Source of the DNA: Octopus vulgaris
Taxonomy: Eukaryota
Reading direction: 5' to 3'
DNA: 64,000 bases
NCBI GenBank assembly: GCA_951406725.2
Contig: OX597828.1
Coordinates: 74,896,001-74,960,000 of the forward strand
The position numbers and the translations under genes were made by a program. The notes below the pieces were generated by a model. The model worked only from the letters and a program-made list of their open reading frames with translations. It ran no database searches and was not told where the DNA came from. Position 1 is the first letter of the stretch. Each line of letters starts with the position of its first letter. This document shows, in pieces, positions 13,211-26,746 of this stretch.

Positions 13211-13590
13211 AGACACAGGCATGGCTGTGTGGTAAGAAGCTTGCTTCCCAACCACATGGTTCTGGGTTCAGTCCTATGGCATGGCCCCTTTGGCAAGTGT
13301 TTTCTACTATAGATCCAGGTCGACCAAAGCCTTGTGAGTAGGCCTGGTGGACGGAAACTGAAAGAGCCTGTCGTGTGTGTGTGTTTGTATCTGTGTTTGT
13401 CCCCCATCTCTACCACTTAACAGTTGCTGGTGTGTTTACGTCTCCATAACTTGGAAGTTCAGCAAAAGAGACTAGTAGAATAAATACCGGGCTTTAAGAA
13501 GTCCAGGGTCAATTTGTTAGACTAAAATTCTTCAAGGCGGTGCCCCAACATGGCCGCAGTCTAATGAGTGAAACAAATGTAAAATAAAAG
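13211..13590 (+). mobile_element. SINE family B
   Basis: Head ggcatggctgtgtggtaagaagcttgc...gggttcagtcc, internal (GT)n and tail gcatggccgcagtc...gaaacaa. This is the most abundant repeat here. Confidence 0.85.
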
Positions 13591-13770
13591 ATATATGTGG
13601 TTAGAGTTAAATTTGTGTACTAAGTTAGGTGGAGGAAAGACATGTATTCAGAAAGGACTTCCTGTGTATACATGTCTATCCTCATAGACATGCACGTACG
13701 TGTGTGTGAATGTGTGAGTGTGTGTGCATTTGTATGTGTATATATGTTGTGAATATATATATATATATAT

Positions 13771-14055
13771 TGTTGTAGTGAAAATGGTACTCACCTTCGC
13801 ACGTGACAAAGTGGTATGAACCAGCCATTATAAAGTCAGACAGTCAGTTGGTGTAGCAAGTCAGTAGTAGTAGAGTCGTTGTACAAGTTCTCAGTTGGAG
13901 TCAGTGTCAGTTACGTGATATATGAGTTCGAGTTACCGCCAAGGTAGACATTTCAAAGTCATTGTCTTGTGGAGGTATCAGTAATAGCACAGTAGATGAG
14001 TCAAAGATAATAAGATGTGGAATACTGCCACAACATATTACTGGTGACAAGAATA
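13771..14055 (+). mobile_element. Decayed LTR with primer-binding site (Gypsy-like)
   Basis: TGTTGTAG (13771)...CCACAACA (14035), then TGGTGACAAGAAT at 14042, consistent with a CpG-decayed TGGCGACGAGGAT tRNA-Ser(GCT) PBS. Confidence 0.5.
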
Positions 14056-14198
14056 TTACAGTGCCGACAACAACATTTGAAGTGGACGAGGGTCCACATT
14101 ATAACATACATCTACATAAATATGTATACACGTTCACATAGATATCTTTGTTAACACACGTTCTCTGTTACCTATATAAACACACATCTATCTGTGTA

Positions 14199-14420
14199 TA
14201 TGAGGGGGTGCTGAAAAGTTCCTGGCTATCAGGGTATTGCGAAAAGCCTGGTTGGAGGCCCAACCATCCACATTCTTTTACAGGACTTAGAAGAACTGAA
14301 GGACCACTGCAATAAGTGTGTGAATCTGAGAGGGGGAACATATTGGATAAAATCATAATTAACTGATCATCCTGTATTTTCTATTACCCAAAGCTAAGAA
14401 TATTTTAGCACCCATTCATG
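14199..14420. mobile_element. mariner-derived MITE
   Basis: TIR tatgagggggtgctgaaaagttcctggct versus agctaagaatattttagcacccattcatg. Internal aagtgtgtgaatctgagagg resembles a mariner transposase C-terminus (KCVNLRG). Confidence 0.65.
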
Positions 14421-14425
14421 CATGA

Positions 14426-14468
<43 letters not shown>

Positions 14469-14515
14469 CTAAATTGAATTTTTCCCTGTAAGTTTGGAGT
14501 TATACTCTCTAATGT

Positions 14516-14562
<47 letters not shown>

Positions 14563-15810
14563 CATAAACAACGACAGACTTCTTCTGTCTTCCAAATCCA
14601 CTCCCAAGGTTTTGGTTGGCCTGAGGCTATAGAAGACCCTTTCCCAAAGTGGGATTAAACCTGGAACCAAGTGGTTGGGAAGCAAACTTCTCACCACACA
14701 GCCATCCCAGCGTGTGTACATACATGATGGTGTAGCTGTACACACAACATGTACAAACAGACCCATTCCAACACCTATCCTTAAAATATTTGTTTGCAAT
14801 GAACAAATCATTACCGAGTTCATAAAACCTAGTGACAGTGTGTATGTGAGGGGGAGCACAGTGTGTGTGAGAGAGGGGGGGCACAGTGTGTGTGAGAGAG
14901 GGGAGGCACAGTGTGTGTGTGTATGAGAGGGGGGAAACAATTTGTTTGTATGTATACAAATCGCCACGAGATCCAAATCTATTTTGCAAGACCTATTTAA
15001 TAGCTGTGATATCTAAAGTCAATAAAATATTAGCGCTAGAAGGGGTAGGACGAGCAGGAGGGGGTATCTGATTGTAATCAACAATAAAGAATGCAATTTT
15101 TTTTTTTATATTTTGATTGCTTAGCAGCAACAGCAGTTGAAAGTTAAAGTGATGTGTTGTGGACTGCATGCAGTTCACTCTCCTTAGCACTGAGAAAACA
15201 TCTCAGAGCTACACATATATATATATATATGTATATATAACCCTTGGACAGAAAAAGGGTCAAAGGCAGCCTAAAACTTTTTCTCTGCAAGGGGTGTTTT
15301 CACCCAATGTTTTGCTATTATTAGGGCTTTATGCGTTCTGGGATTCACTATTCCAAAAATGAATTATTTCACATTCTCTTGAAGGTTTCTTTACTCTTAT
15401 GATGTCAACAAAATACTTATACACATATATACACATAGATACATGCATATAAATACAAACACACACACATACACACAAGCGCATATCTAAATAGAACCCA
15501 GGTGGTGCTTTAACATTAGATGTAGACTTGACTGTTATTAGATAAAGGTAGCAGAGAAATTCATCATTTTAATATATTCTCCCAGACAGGTGAGTTTGAA
15601 TGGGTTAAAAAAAAAACATAAAAAACGTGATTTACAACCTGGATCGTTTATATTCATTGCTGCCTTTTCAGTTCAACCTCTCAATCATATGACCCTGAAT
15701 GGTCAGGGACAAAATACTAATGAAAACTTTAGTCTTGCAGGGGAGAAAAGAACCTCAGAATTGTTGGCACCATAATACAATACACCCAGAAAACTCTAAA
15801 ATGGTTGGCA

Positions 15811-15969
15811 TAAAGTTGTGGCCAAAAGCTTGGAACATTTTTTAAAAAGATTAAGATTGTTATGCCCAAGTACATATCGATTCAAATATATACAACGTAT
15901 ATATTTGGGCCTTTAATGTAAAAACTCTAATTTTCAGACCTATGCTCCAAACTTTTAGCCATGACTGTA
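15811..15969. mobile_element. Tc1-type MITE
   Basis: TIRs aagttgtggccaaaagcttggaaca / tgctccaaacttttagccatgactgta. Related copy at ~47330-47575. Confidence 0.65.
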
Positions 15970-16439
15970 TAAGCAGGGTTGAGAAAGCCTTCTTCTAACC
16001 AAGAACACAACAGCCTTACCTCCTACAGCCGGGACCAGAATTTGATGGACCAAGTGTTAAACTCTGTGAAGTAGCTGGGGTTAGGAAGGACAGCTTGCTG
16101 TAGAAACCAAGTCAAAAACAGGAAATGAGCAAGACATGATCCTTTGATCTACCATTAAACCTTTAGCATTTAAATCAACCATACCCGGTCAAAATATTCT
16201 GTTTTATGGTCAAACTGGTCAGATCTGGTCTCTCACACCAACCCTACAATATCGTTCTACAAATTAACAGTTACCTCATCAAACTCTCAAAGCTACAAGA
16301 TACCTTTGGCCTTTTACTTATTTCAATCATTACAGTGCGGCCATGCTGGAGCACCCATGGTTAGTTCAAAGCAATGTGAATAAATAATTATTGCTTTTGA
16401 CAGAATAATGTGAATGCCAAAGGGTTAATCGTAATTTTA

Positions 16440-16799
16440 TCTTTTACTTCTTTTAGTCATCAGACTGTGGCCATGCTGGAGCACCGCCTAGAAGAATTCT
16501 TTGGTCGACTGAATCAACCCCAGGACTTATTTTCTTTTTGTTTCTTTTTTGAGCCTGGTACTTATTCTATCAGTCTCTTTTGCCAAACTGCTACTCTTCT
16601 ACTTGTTTCAGTAATTTGACTGCGGCCATGCTGGAGTACCACCTTTAGTTGAACAAATCGAACCCAGGACTTATTCTTTGTATGCCTAGTACTTATTCTT
16701 TCGGATTCTTTTTGCCGAACTGCTAAGTTACTGGGACGTAAACACACCAGCATCGGTTGTCAAGCAATGTTGGGGGGGGGGACAAACACAGACACACAA

Positions 16800-16833
<34 letters not shown>

Positions 16834-17250
16834 ATGTATAGATATATACGACAGGCTTCTTTCAGTTTCCGTCTACCAAATCCACTCACAAGGCTTTGGT
16901 CGGCCCGAGGCTATAGTAGAAGACACTTGCCCAAGGCGCCATGCAGTGGGACTGAACCCAGAACCATGTGGTTAGTAAGCAAGCTACTTACCACAAAGCC
17001 ACTCCTGTGCTTATGTTAAAGGGATGTAAACATACCAACACCAGTTATCAGGCAGTAGTGGTGGTGATGAGGGGGGGGGGACAAACAGACACACACACAC
17101 AATAATACCATCTACCAAATCCACTCATAGTGCTTCAGTTGGCTCAAGGCCACAGTAGAAGACACTTGCCCAAGGTGCCACATGACGAGATTGAACACAG
17201 AACTATGTGGTTGGGAAGCAAGCTTCTAACCACACAAGCCATGCCGGCAC
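16440..17250 (-). mobile_element. Nested/tandem SINE family B cluster
   Basis: Full copy at ~16601-17010 plus flanking partial copies. Confidence 0.8.
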
Positions 17251-17824
17251 CTAAGGGCAGCTTCTTTCAATAACAAAAAAAACGACAGATTGTGACGACC
17301 CAGCCCACCCATGCCACACAGAAAATCCATGCATAAATTATGATGCTGGTTAATGATAATGACTAATCAATTTTGACTTAAACAGAAGGCTGCATAAATT
17401 ATGCCTTGTCATTCAACCTGATAGAAACAGAATCAAAATCTCCCTCAAATGACACTCCACTATGGAAAGGAACATTGCATAGGATAGTTCTAAAAGTGTC
17501 TGGAGTGGTCATGGATGGATAACTTTAATCACAAAGTGTTCTTCTGCTCCATTGAGTCTCATCTGTTATATGGCACAGAGTCACAACTTTATACGCAAAA
17601 CTGCAACATACAGTAATCCTCAACAGCAGGATCACTGGTTGCTTTATATATAAAGACATGACTTGTGAGAAATTAAACTGCTGAGTAATAACTAGCACAC
17701 ACAATGTAGTAGTAGTGGTAGTAGTAGTAGTAGTAGTGGTGGTGGTGGTGGTAGTAGTAGTAGTAGTAATAATAGCAACAAAAAAATCAAAGCAATTCAG
17801 TACAAAGTGAAGAAATGATTATTA

Positions 17825-18280
17825 TTATTATTGAGTGAGAGAGCAGTGCATGCCATCAAAGTGACACTGGGGTAAAATATACGAAGCCCAGCATACCCAT
17901 CATGACTACCCGTCTGATAAAGGTACACCAGGCACATGCATCACAACCATATGTGCGTGACGTGGTGATCTCATATCAAGATAAACAGCACATGACCTTG
18001 CAGGTGGGGCCCAGTTAGAATTTTCTTCTGGTCGAGTAACCCATCTGGCTCAAATGGTCCCTGAATAAAGGGTTGTTTAAGGATGTTGAACGAAACACCC
18101 ATGTTTCCAGAGGTGAGTTACTGAAACCCCAAAGAATTCCTCTCAACACATGGCTATGATGCTCCCCCATTACTTCTGCTCATGATCAGAGATGCACATA
18201 TCGTCAGCCAATAAGGGACATGCTCAACTGGTTACGGTCAAACAACTGACAAGCAAAATTGTGGTATTGAGCAGAACATT
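17825..18280. repeat. Dispersed repeat flanked by (ATT)n
   Basis: The 3' part matches 9640-9790 (tggctatgatgctccc...atcagagatgcacata...ggacatg). Confidence 0.6.
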
Positions 18281-19526
18281 ATTATTATTAATATTATTAT
18301 TATTACTATTACTATTGAGGTGGTGAGCTGGCTGAATTGTCAGCACACTGGATGAAATGCTTAGTGGTATTTCGCCCATCGCAACGTTCTGAGTTTAAAT
18401 TCTGCTGAGGTCATCTTTGCTTTTCATCATTTCAGGGTCAATAAGTATTAAGCAAGCACCTGAATAGTCCCCTCCAACCAAATTTCAGGCCTATTGTAGA
18501 AAGATTTATTATTATTATTATTATTATTATTAAAGCAACAAACTGGCAGAATCATTAGCATGCCAAGCGAAAAGCTTAGTGGTATTTTGTTTGCCATTAT
18601 GTTCTGAGTTCAAATTCCGCCGAGGTCAACTTTGCCTTTCATCGTTTGGGGTCAATTAAATAGGTACCAGTTATGCACTGGGGTCGATGTAATTGACTTA
18701 ATCCCTTCCTCCAAATTTGAGGCCTTGAGCTTCCAGTAGAAATAATTTTTATTATTAATATTACTATTATTATAATTATTCGTGTCAGTGCCACGTAAAA
18801 AGGCACTTGTGCTGGCCCCACATAAAAGTGCTCATGCCAGTGGCACAATAAAAGCAACCAGCGCACACTGTAAAGTGGTTGGCGTTAGGAAGAGCACCCA
18901 GCTGTAGAAACCAAGCCAAATCAGACAGGAAGAGGTTGGTGCAACATCCCAGCTCTGGTCAAACTGTCCAACCCATGCCAGCATGAAAAACTGACTAGTA
19001 GTAGTAGTAGTCGTAGTAAGGTGGTAAGCAGGCAGAATCATCATCTGTGGACACTACAAAATACTCAGAGGCATTTCATCCATCTTCAGATTCTGAGCTT
19101 AAATATTAAAGGTCAACTCTGCCTTTCATCCTTTCAGGATCAACAAACTGAGTACCAGTCAGATACTGGGGTCAATGTACACAACTAGCCCCCTACCCAC
19201 AAGTTTCAGGCCTTGTGTCTATAGCAGAAAGAACTATTAGTGTTAAGGTGGAAAACTAGCAGAATCTTTAGCGTAGCTTTCCATCCTTTAAGGGTCAATG
19301 AAGAAAGGACTAATTAAGCATTGGTGCCAATTTAATTGATAATATCCTGCCTCACACAAAATTTCAGGCCTTGTGCCTACATTGGAAAGGCTTATTATTA
19401 TTATTATTATTATTATTATGACAGAATTGGGAAAGAAGCAGACAACTGGTTAATTAGATCCTGGGATTAATTACATGCTGCTGAGCAGTTTGTCTGGCAG
19501 GCTAACGATTCTGCTAGCTCAGCACC

Positions 19527-19561
<35 letters not shown>

Positions 19562-19626
19562 TTCAAATTTTGGCACAAGGCCAGTAAGTTCTGGGGAGGC
19601 AGTAAGTTGATTACATTAACCGCAGT

Positions 19627-19773
19627 ACATTATTTACATTATTTAAATTTGACGTATATTTGTCCTCATCTTGTTTGTTGTTAACACAACGTTTCAGCTG
19701 ATATACCCTCCAGCCTTCATCAGGTGTCTTGGGGAAATTTCGAACCTGGGTTCTCATTCCTAAGGAATTTTTC

Positions 19774-19807
<34 letters not shown>

Positions 19808-20002
19808 ATCGCTGCCTGGAACTGAACTCGGAATCTTGGGGTTAGTATCCTGCACTCTTGATCACTATGCCATATGCCCAAGGGCAATTATGGAGTGAAT
19901 TTTAGGGCCTCTCATTCCTAAGGTATGTGTTAACAACAAACAAGTTGAGGACAAATATCCGTCAAATGTAAATAAATCCTCATCTCTTAAATATAGAACT
20001 GT
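19627..20002 (-). mobile_element. tRNA-promoter/hammerhead retroelement, copy 2
   Basis: Same architecture in reverse. It is inserted in a family C SINE with a ~12-bp TSD, attaaccgcagt (19615-19626) / attaatcccagt (20003-20014). Confidence 0.7.
19684..19727 (-). ncRNA. Minimal type I hammerhead ribozyme
   Basis: Minus strand reads ACAC-CTGATGA-A-GGCTG(gagggtatat)CAGCT-GAAA-CG-TT-GTGT. Confidence 0.7.
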
Positions 20003-21009
20003 ATTAATCCCAGTGTTTAACTGGTACTTATTTGATCGACCGTGAGAAGATTAAAGGCAAAGCTAACCTTGGTGGAATTAGAACTCAGAGCATAATAATG
20101 AAAATTCTTTTTATTAAAGGCACAAGGCCTAAAATTCTAGGGAACGGACAAGTGTTGTGGAGTATTTTGTCTGGGATGCTAACGATTCTGCCAGTTCACT
20201 GCTTTAATAATAATAATAAAAATAAAAATGATTTCTAATTTTGCCACAAGGGCAGCATTTTGGGATAGGGGATGTGTCGATTACACTGATACCAGTATTT
20301 AACTGGTACTTAATTTATCGACTCAAAAGGATGAAAGGCAAAGTTGACCTCGGCAGAATTTTGACTCAGAACATAGCAGCAGACGAAATCCTGCGAAGCA
20401 TTTCGCTCAGTATGCTAACAACTCTGCCAGCCTAAAGTATAATAATAATAATGATAATATTTTTATCATTTACAATGTTTTATTGGCCCTGAGGAGATGA
20501 CAAGCAAAGTTAACATTGGTAGGATTTGAACTTCCACCTCTTCTAAGTGGTGGGACTTTGTCGTTCATCCTGCAGGGTTTCATAAAATATAGGAGCATTC
20601 ACCTATTTCGGATGCCAGTCCCCTTCTGAGAGTGGGCAGCAGATTTTAGAGACACACTAGAAATTTACTGCTTCTTTTTAAGGAGCTTGAAAACAATATA
20701 TATATATACACACATGTATACATACAAGAACACACAAACACATATATATATACACAAGCATGTACCCACACACACGTTTGCATACATATACACATATACA
20801 TGCATATTTTGTCTTTTTTCTCTTCTCTCCTGGTGCTGTATGAACATTTAATGTGGTTTTAGAGTCAAGTTTTGACTGCTATTTCCAGCATGGTGGTATC
20901 TCTTAGATACCCTAAATTGTAATTTTCACCTTTGGAGGTTTTTATTCCCATGCTGGCCACCTGGTAAGATCGTTATTTAAATATCAATCTTATCCTTATT
21001 TATATAAAT

Positions 21010-21350
21010 GAAGGCGCATGGCTCAGTGGTTAGAGCGTCGAGCTTACGATCGTGAGGTTGTGAGCTCGAATCCCGGACCGGGCTGCGTGTTGTGTTCTTG
21101 AGCAAGGCACTTTATTTCATGTTGCTCCAGTTCACTCAGCTGTAGAAATGAGTTGCGACGTCACTGGTGCCAAGCTGTATCGGGCCCTTTGCCTTTCCCT
21201 TGGATAACACTGGTGGCGTGGAGAGGGGAGGCTGGTATGCATGGGCGACTGCTGGTCTTCCATAAACAACCTTGCCCGGACTTGTGTCTAGGAGGGTAAC
21301 TTTCTAGGTGCAATCCCGTGGTCATTCATGACCGAAGGGGGTCTTTACCC
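21010..21350 (+). mobile_element. tRNA-derived SINE family A, full length
   Basis: A box tggctcagtggttaga, B-box-like gagctcgaatccc, core cttgagcaaggcactt...cagctgtagaaatg and tail gaccgaagggggtctttaccc. Confidence 0.9.
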
Positions 21351-21426
21351 TTTATGTATATATATATATATACACATATATATATACACACACACACAAG
21401 CACAAATATACATGCATACACATGGG

Positions 21427-21462
<36 letters not shown>

Positions 21463-21930
21463 TATCTATACATACACATGCATACATAAAACACATTGCC
21501 ACTTTGCATGCCACATCATGTGATTCTTAGTCAAAGAATGGGACAGTGTCAGAATGGACAGACACTCTCCCTGTCGCATTAGACCTAATTCCCCCCCCCC
21601 GTTTACTTCAATAAAACAGGGGGTGGTACGTGTGTACAGAACTGGGTATAGACATTTGGTTGAAGTAATCACAACAAGAGAAACAGTTTATTTTCTTTAC
21701 ATATTTTAAGATCAGTAACTGCATATGTCATATTTTGCAGATACATACATACATATATATACACACACATACATATACAAACATATATATACATACATGT
21801 ACATACAAATATATACGCTTTACTCTTTACTCTTTTACTTGGCCTGAGGCTACATTAGAAGACACTTGCCCAAGGTGCCATGCAGTGGGACTGAACCTGG
21901 AACCATGTGGTTGGTAAGCAAGCTACTTTC

Positions 21931-22166
21931 CATCTCTTCATGGTCAGATGAGCATTGCTTGGAGAGCCAAAAAATACCCTCTGCTATTCTAATGGCCTTG
22001 ATCTCATCCATTTTCTTCAGGACGGTGCAGCTCATCAACATGCTATGTCCACCACACTCACTCCTCTCTCATGTTTATCAATGTCTTCCTTCATCAATTC
22101 CATCATAATCAGCTTTTTCTTCTTCTTCACAGCACTGTCCTTTGCACTCACCTTCTTAGGACCCAT
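21931..22166 (-). pseudogene. Tigger/pogo (TIGD1-like) transposase N-terminal relic
   Basis: MGPKKVSAKDSAVKKKKKLIMMELMKEDIDKHERGVSVVDIA, then frameshifted CTVLKKMDEIKAI...LSKQCSSDHEEME. This is a CENP-B-type HTH region, truncated by a SINE. Confidence 0.75.
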
Positions 22167-23160
22167 GGCTTACGCAACCAAGTATTATAAAATGATAACA
22201 AAAATCACACAAAACAAGAGCAAAAAAACACTGAGAAAAACACAATTGGGATGCTGCCACAACACGATAAACATGTGAACTGAACTAGTGGAGGCTGTGC
22301 TTGTTGGGGGAGCGTGAACAAAGCCCAGTGCCGACTGACTGTCACTTGTATGAATCTCACTCATACCACAGATTTCCACTCATACTTCAAGACAGCTTCG
22401 CACAAGCCTCAGCTCATATAGCAAATTACTCGTGCAACGGTGCACTCATACTGCAAAATTCTACTCTATACACATACACAGGTCGTTGTCAACTTACAAC
22501 CATAATTGGTTCCGATTGACTGGATGCAGGTTGATTTGGTCATAAGTCGGCCTGTAGGCCTTATACATAGCTTTGTTTTATATTTTTATATTCTTAAAGT
22601 ACATTCTCAGGTCAAAGTCACACACAACAGTCTGTATTATACTACTAGACTGGCGTTAGTCAAAAATTTCAGAGTCTCAAGCAGTTGTCTTCTAAACAAA
22701 TACAAGGTTGCTTCGATGTCTCCACGACAGGATTTTCACCCAACACTTGGAATAACCACAGTGGCCATCGATAACCAAACCTAAGGAAGTGTTTGTTAGC
22801 TGACATCATCAGTAGAAGGGTTAATTTCTAAGAAATTAAACCCATTAGATTTCAACTGGACTATTTATTACTGCTGCCGAGAGCTGGCATGCCAATCATC
22901 ATAAAGTCGATCGATCGTAAGTTGGACAGGTTCTAAGTCAACGATGACCTCTGTGTGTGTGTGCATGTATATATATATATATATATAAATACAAGATGGG
23001 ACAAGAACGCAAAACATCCAAATAGACGATACAAAAAACACAGACGGGTCATTCGAAGCCTCTCTTCAGTCAAGAACCGGATCATCCTCGCAATTTCGGC
23101 TGATTAATCTTGAGATTGCTCCAATCTGGCCAGCCCCAAGGAAAAATATACACATATACA

Positions 23161-23369
23161 TACAAGGTGGCCCAAAAGTAGGTCTACAGTTATTCAACAA
23201 TCTCTTCCGCATTCATATATTAACAGTTTAGATCTTAATTATAAAAGAAATATGGAACCATTATTCTCTGTTAATTTAGTTAACTTTGTCAGATAGAAAT
23301 TTAAATGTAATAAAATGTTTTAGAAGAAATTTAATGTGCCTACAAGACCTATTTTTGGGCCACCCTGTA
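23161..23369. mobile_element. Tc1/mariner-type MITE
   Basis: TA-flanked TIRs tacaaggtggcccaaaagtaggtct / agacctatttttgggccaccctgta. Confidence 0.8.
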
Positions 23370-23824
23370 TATATGGAGGTGCAAGAGAGAGAAGGGGGAC
23401 AAACAACAACATGGTTACCAGACAATCCTCAAAAATTAGTTAAAATATGTTAAGTACCAAATGTAAGCCAATCCGTAAGCGAAGCAGTGCTGTGCCTGAC
23501 ATTTCAAGACTAGGTTTGATGTTGGGTGTCCATATTACCTTTAATCACCTCTAATCACAGAGAAGTAAATAATGCAAATATGGAATGGTGTGTGTGTGTG
23601 TGTGTGTGTGTGTAGACATGCCTGTGGTTAAAAAATTTTGCTTTACAAGCACAAGACTTTGGGTTCAGTCTCATTGCACAGCCAAATAAGTGAATTTGGT
23701 CAATGAAGTATGGGAACATATATATAGAATAAGAAGAAAAAAGAAAAACCTTTGTTACAGCACATTTAATTAGTGCTCAATATGAGCAAAATATAACAAA
23801 AATCCAAATGGATGACAAATTTTC

Positions 23825-23856
<32 letters not shown>

Positions 23857-23859
<3 letters not shown>

Positions 23860-24270
23860 ATAATATACATATGGGAAATCCTAGAAGGGCTAGTACCTAA
23901 CTTTGGCATTGAGTGTTATGCAAATGCCAGAACTAGCTGCCATTGTATTGTACCAAAGGTACCATCCACTCCATCTAAATTGAGGACCAGGTACTGCAAT
24001 AGTCAAGGGTTCAAAGGCCCACAGCCCTTCAATGCCCTGCCTCAAAAATTAAGAAATTTGCATAAGGTGGAAGTAAATGTCTTCAAAATGGATCTAGACA
24101 TCCTCCTCTCCACAATACCGGATGAACCAACAGCCTGACATGAGGTGAAGACGAGGGCAGTGGAATCAAACCCCCTTATACACCAAATGTACCAACAGCT
24201 GGGACATAGGCACATACAAGAGTGGTGATGTGAAACACCCAGACTGACCATGCCGAAATGAGTAAAAGAG
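23857..24270 (+). pseudogene. CR1/L2-like LINE ORF2 3' end relic
   Basis: IIYIWEILEGLVPNFGI...FNALPQKLRNLHKVEVNVFKMDLDILLSTIPDEPT, a typical CR1-clade C-terminus. Confidence 0.7.
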
Positions 24271-24271
24271 C

Positions 24272-24327
<56 letters not shown>

Positions 24328-24457
24328 ATATGTATGTTTGTCCCCCACCACTTGGTAACCAGTGTTGGTTTGTGTATGTCCTTGTAACTTAGCTGTTGGT
24401 CAAATAGATTCTGATAGAAAAAGTACCAGACTTAAAAACAACAATTAATATTATATA

Positions 24458-24603
24458 GGGTGTGGGTAAGAACCTTGCTTCCCAACCACATGGTTCCGGG
24501 TTCAGCTCCACTGCGTGACACCTTGGACAAGTGTCTTCTACAGCCTCAGGCTGAGCAAAGCCGGGTGAGTTGATTGGTGGACGGAAACTGAAAGAAGCCC
24601 GAC

Positions 24604-24637
<34 letters not shown>

Positions 24638-24935
24638 GTGGAGGTAAAGAATACGAATACCATTCGTTTTTGGCCTAACCCTAACCGCCGAAAGCGGGTG
24701 GTGTGCATATTCTTTACCTTTGAAATATGTGAGTGTGTGTTTGTCCACCACTATCGCTTAATAGATGCTGGTGTGTTTACGTCCCCGTCACTTGGCGGTT
24801 CGGCAAAAGAGACCGATAGAATAAGGTAATAGGGTTACAGAGAATAAGTCCTGGAGTCGATTTCTTCAACTAAAAAACCCTTTAAGGCGGTGCTCCAGCA
24901 TTGCCGCAGCCAAATAACCGAAACGAGTAAAAGAA
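24458..24935 (+). mobile_element. SINE family B interrupted by a small IR element (24637-24721)
   Basis: Family B head and tail. Internal IR ggaggtaaagaatacg...gcatattctttacct, related to 37130-37223. Confidence 0.75.
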
Positions 24936-26117
24936 AGACTAAGAGGTTACGACACACCCTCACACACACACACACACACACGATGTGGTGTATGTGTGAG
25001 GGTGTGTCGTAAACTCATCTGTGCCATTAATAAATTCTTTACGGATGATTTAAAGGAAATCTAAACAAATTGTAAACCTGAAAAATGGTCAGAAGGAACT
25101 AAGACACCGGCGATTGTTCAACAGAGCGCGCACACACGCGGAAACACACGCTTTATACATATAACGTGTGTGTTTGTGTGTCCCACCGCTTGGCAACTAC
25201 GTTGATTTGTAACATAGCGGTTTGGCAAAACGGACCGACAGAATAAGTAGTAGACTTCAGAAAAAAATAAAGTTTCGGTATCGATTTGTCCAACAAACCA
25301 ATCAAGCTGGTGCCCAAGCATGGCCGCAGACCAACGAGTAAAACCAGTTTTATTTACGTCTGTGTCCGAGAAAGTTGTCAATATTGCTGAGTGCAGTAGT
25401 CATCGTGGTGTATATATATGAACGTATGTATGTATACACACACATACACCCATATACAGGACATCGATCCGGCACTCAGAGATCGGAGGCGGGGTGGGGG
25501 CCTTGGACACCAATATGTAAGGGGAGACCCTCCTTCAAAGTAAAGAAGGCTCCTTAAAAGTTTGAGAACCGACCTTTAACTTCCACCCCGCCCTACATTC
25601 AGGAAATAGGTCGAGAGGGGGGGGACCACGATATTACTTCATCTCGCATATTTATACAGGGAAGACCCTAAATAATCCAGTGTGCAAAACGTTATATAAT
25701 TTTGGACCACTTACATAATATGTAGGTATGTATGTATGTATGCATGCATACATGTATATATGTGTATATATATGTATGTATGTATATATGTATGTATGTA
25801 CGTGTGTATGTATGTATGTACGTGTGTATGTATGTATATTTGTATGTATGTATGTATATTTGTATGTATGTATATTTGTATGTATGTATATTTGTAAGTA
25901 TGTATACATACATACACGCACAAATCTAACCAAAACCCTTTTAAAGCCGATAACTATGTTTAAAAACGAGTCTTCTTTCGATTTGGTGATGAAATATTTC
26001 TTCGGTCAGTAATCTTAAAATATTTATTTATCAGAAAACTACGAAATAAAGTTTTCCGTCTCTTCAACACAACTTTAGTCCAGAAAATCCGTTCCTAACC
26101 ATCTCTCGATCAGCTAC

Positions 26118-26264
26118 TATTAGGTTGTCCCAAAAGTTCGTAAACACTTGCGAAAATTGAATTTTTACTCGCCAAGTACTAACAAAAACAACAAAAATTA
26201 TTCCTCAAAATAAAGACCATTATTTTCCAAGACTCTCTACGAACTTTTGGGACAACCTTAAATA
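26118..26264. mobile_element. mariner-type MITE
   Basis: TIRs tattaggttgtcccaaaagttcgta / tacgaacttttgggacaaccttaaata. Confidence 0.75.
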
Positions 26265-26746
26265 TATAAATCTGGCAGTAATTAAAATACACAAACATAT
26301 AGCTACCGAGTAGGCCTTTGTGATAGGTACAAGGCCTAAAGTGTTTGAGGGAGGACCAGTCAATTATGTACATCTACCCCTTAGTGCCCGACTGATATGT
26401 TATCGATCCCGAAACAATGAAAGGCAAAGTTGACTTCGTCGGTATTTTATTTCAGAACGTAATGAAGTATTGATAATTGAACTTATGGCATATTAAATAT
26501 TAGAAACTGAACTGGTATATTAGTATCCATGATTGAAATATAAATATCTGCACTTATTGTATCCAGTGCTCGGGTGCAGCACGGTGCGTGGAGGGCAAAA
26601 AGGGGGCAGAAAGTCGCAGTAATTAAAAAAAACAGATAGCAATTATAGCTAAATCCAGATGCATGATAGAACAGGATATAAAAATACAACAGAGAAGAGA
26701 GATATATTAATTTCGAGAGCAGAGAGAAAGGCAGCGGTTTACTTAC

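Larger units (their letters stand above)
18317..20432. mobile_element. Cluster of SINE family C copies in both orientations plus an RTE tail
   Basis: At least seven partial or full heads and tails separated by (ATT)n. RTE-like tail at ~18780-19000. Confidence 0.75.

Noticed and set aside
20560-20700. Possible next G6PD exon (minus-strand LLKKKQ)
   Set aside because: Does not match GDLAKKKIYP and hits a stop immediately.
21010-21085. tRNA gene
   Set aside because: No acceptor stem or terminator; it continues into a SINE body. The same holds for other A/B-box heads (e.g. 313-380, 59890-59963).
22990-23150. CTGAAGA...CGAA in a repeat-like segment (minus strand)
   Set aside because: Lacks GAAA/NUH in the right register; cannot be folded as a hammerhead by eye.
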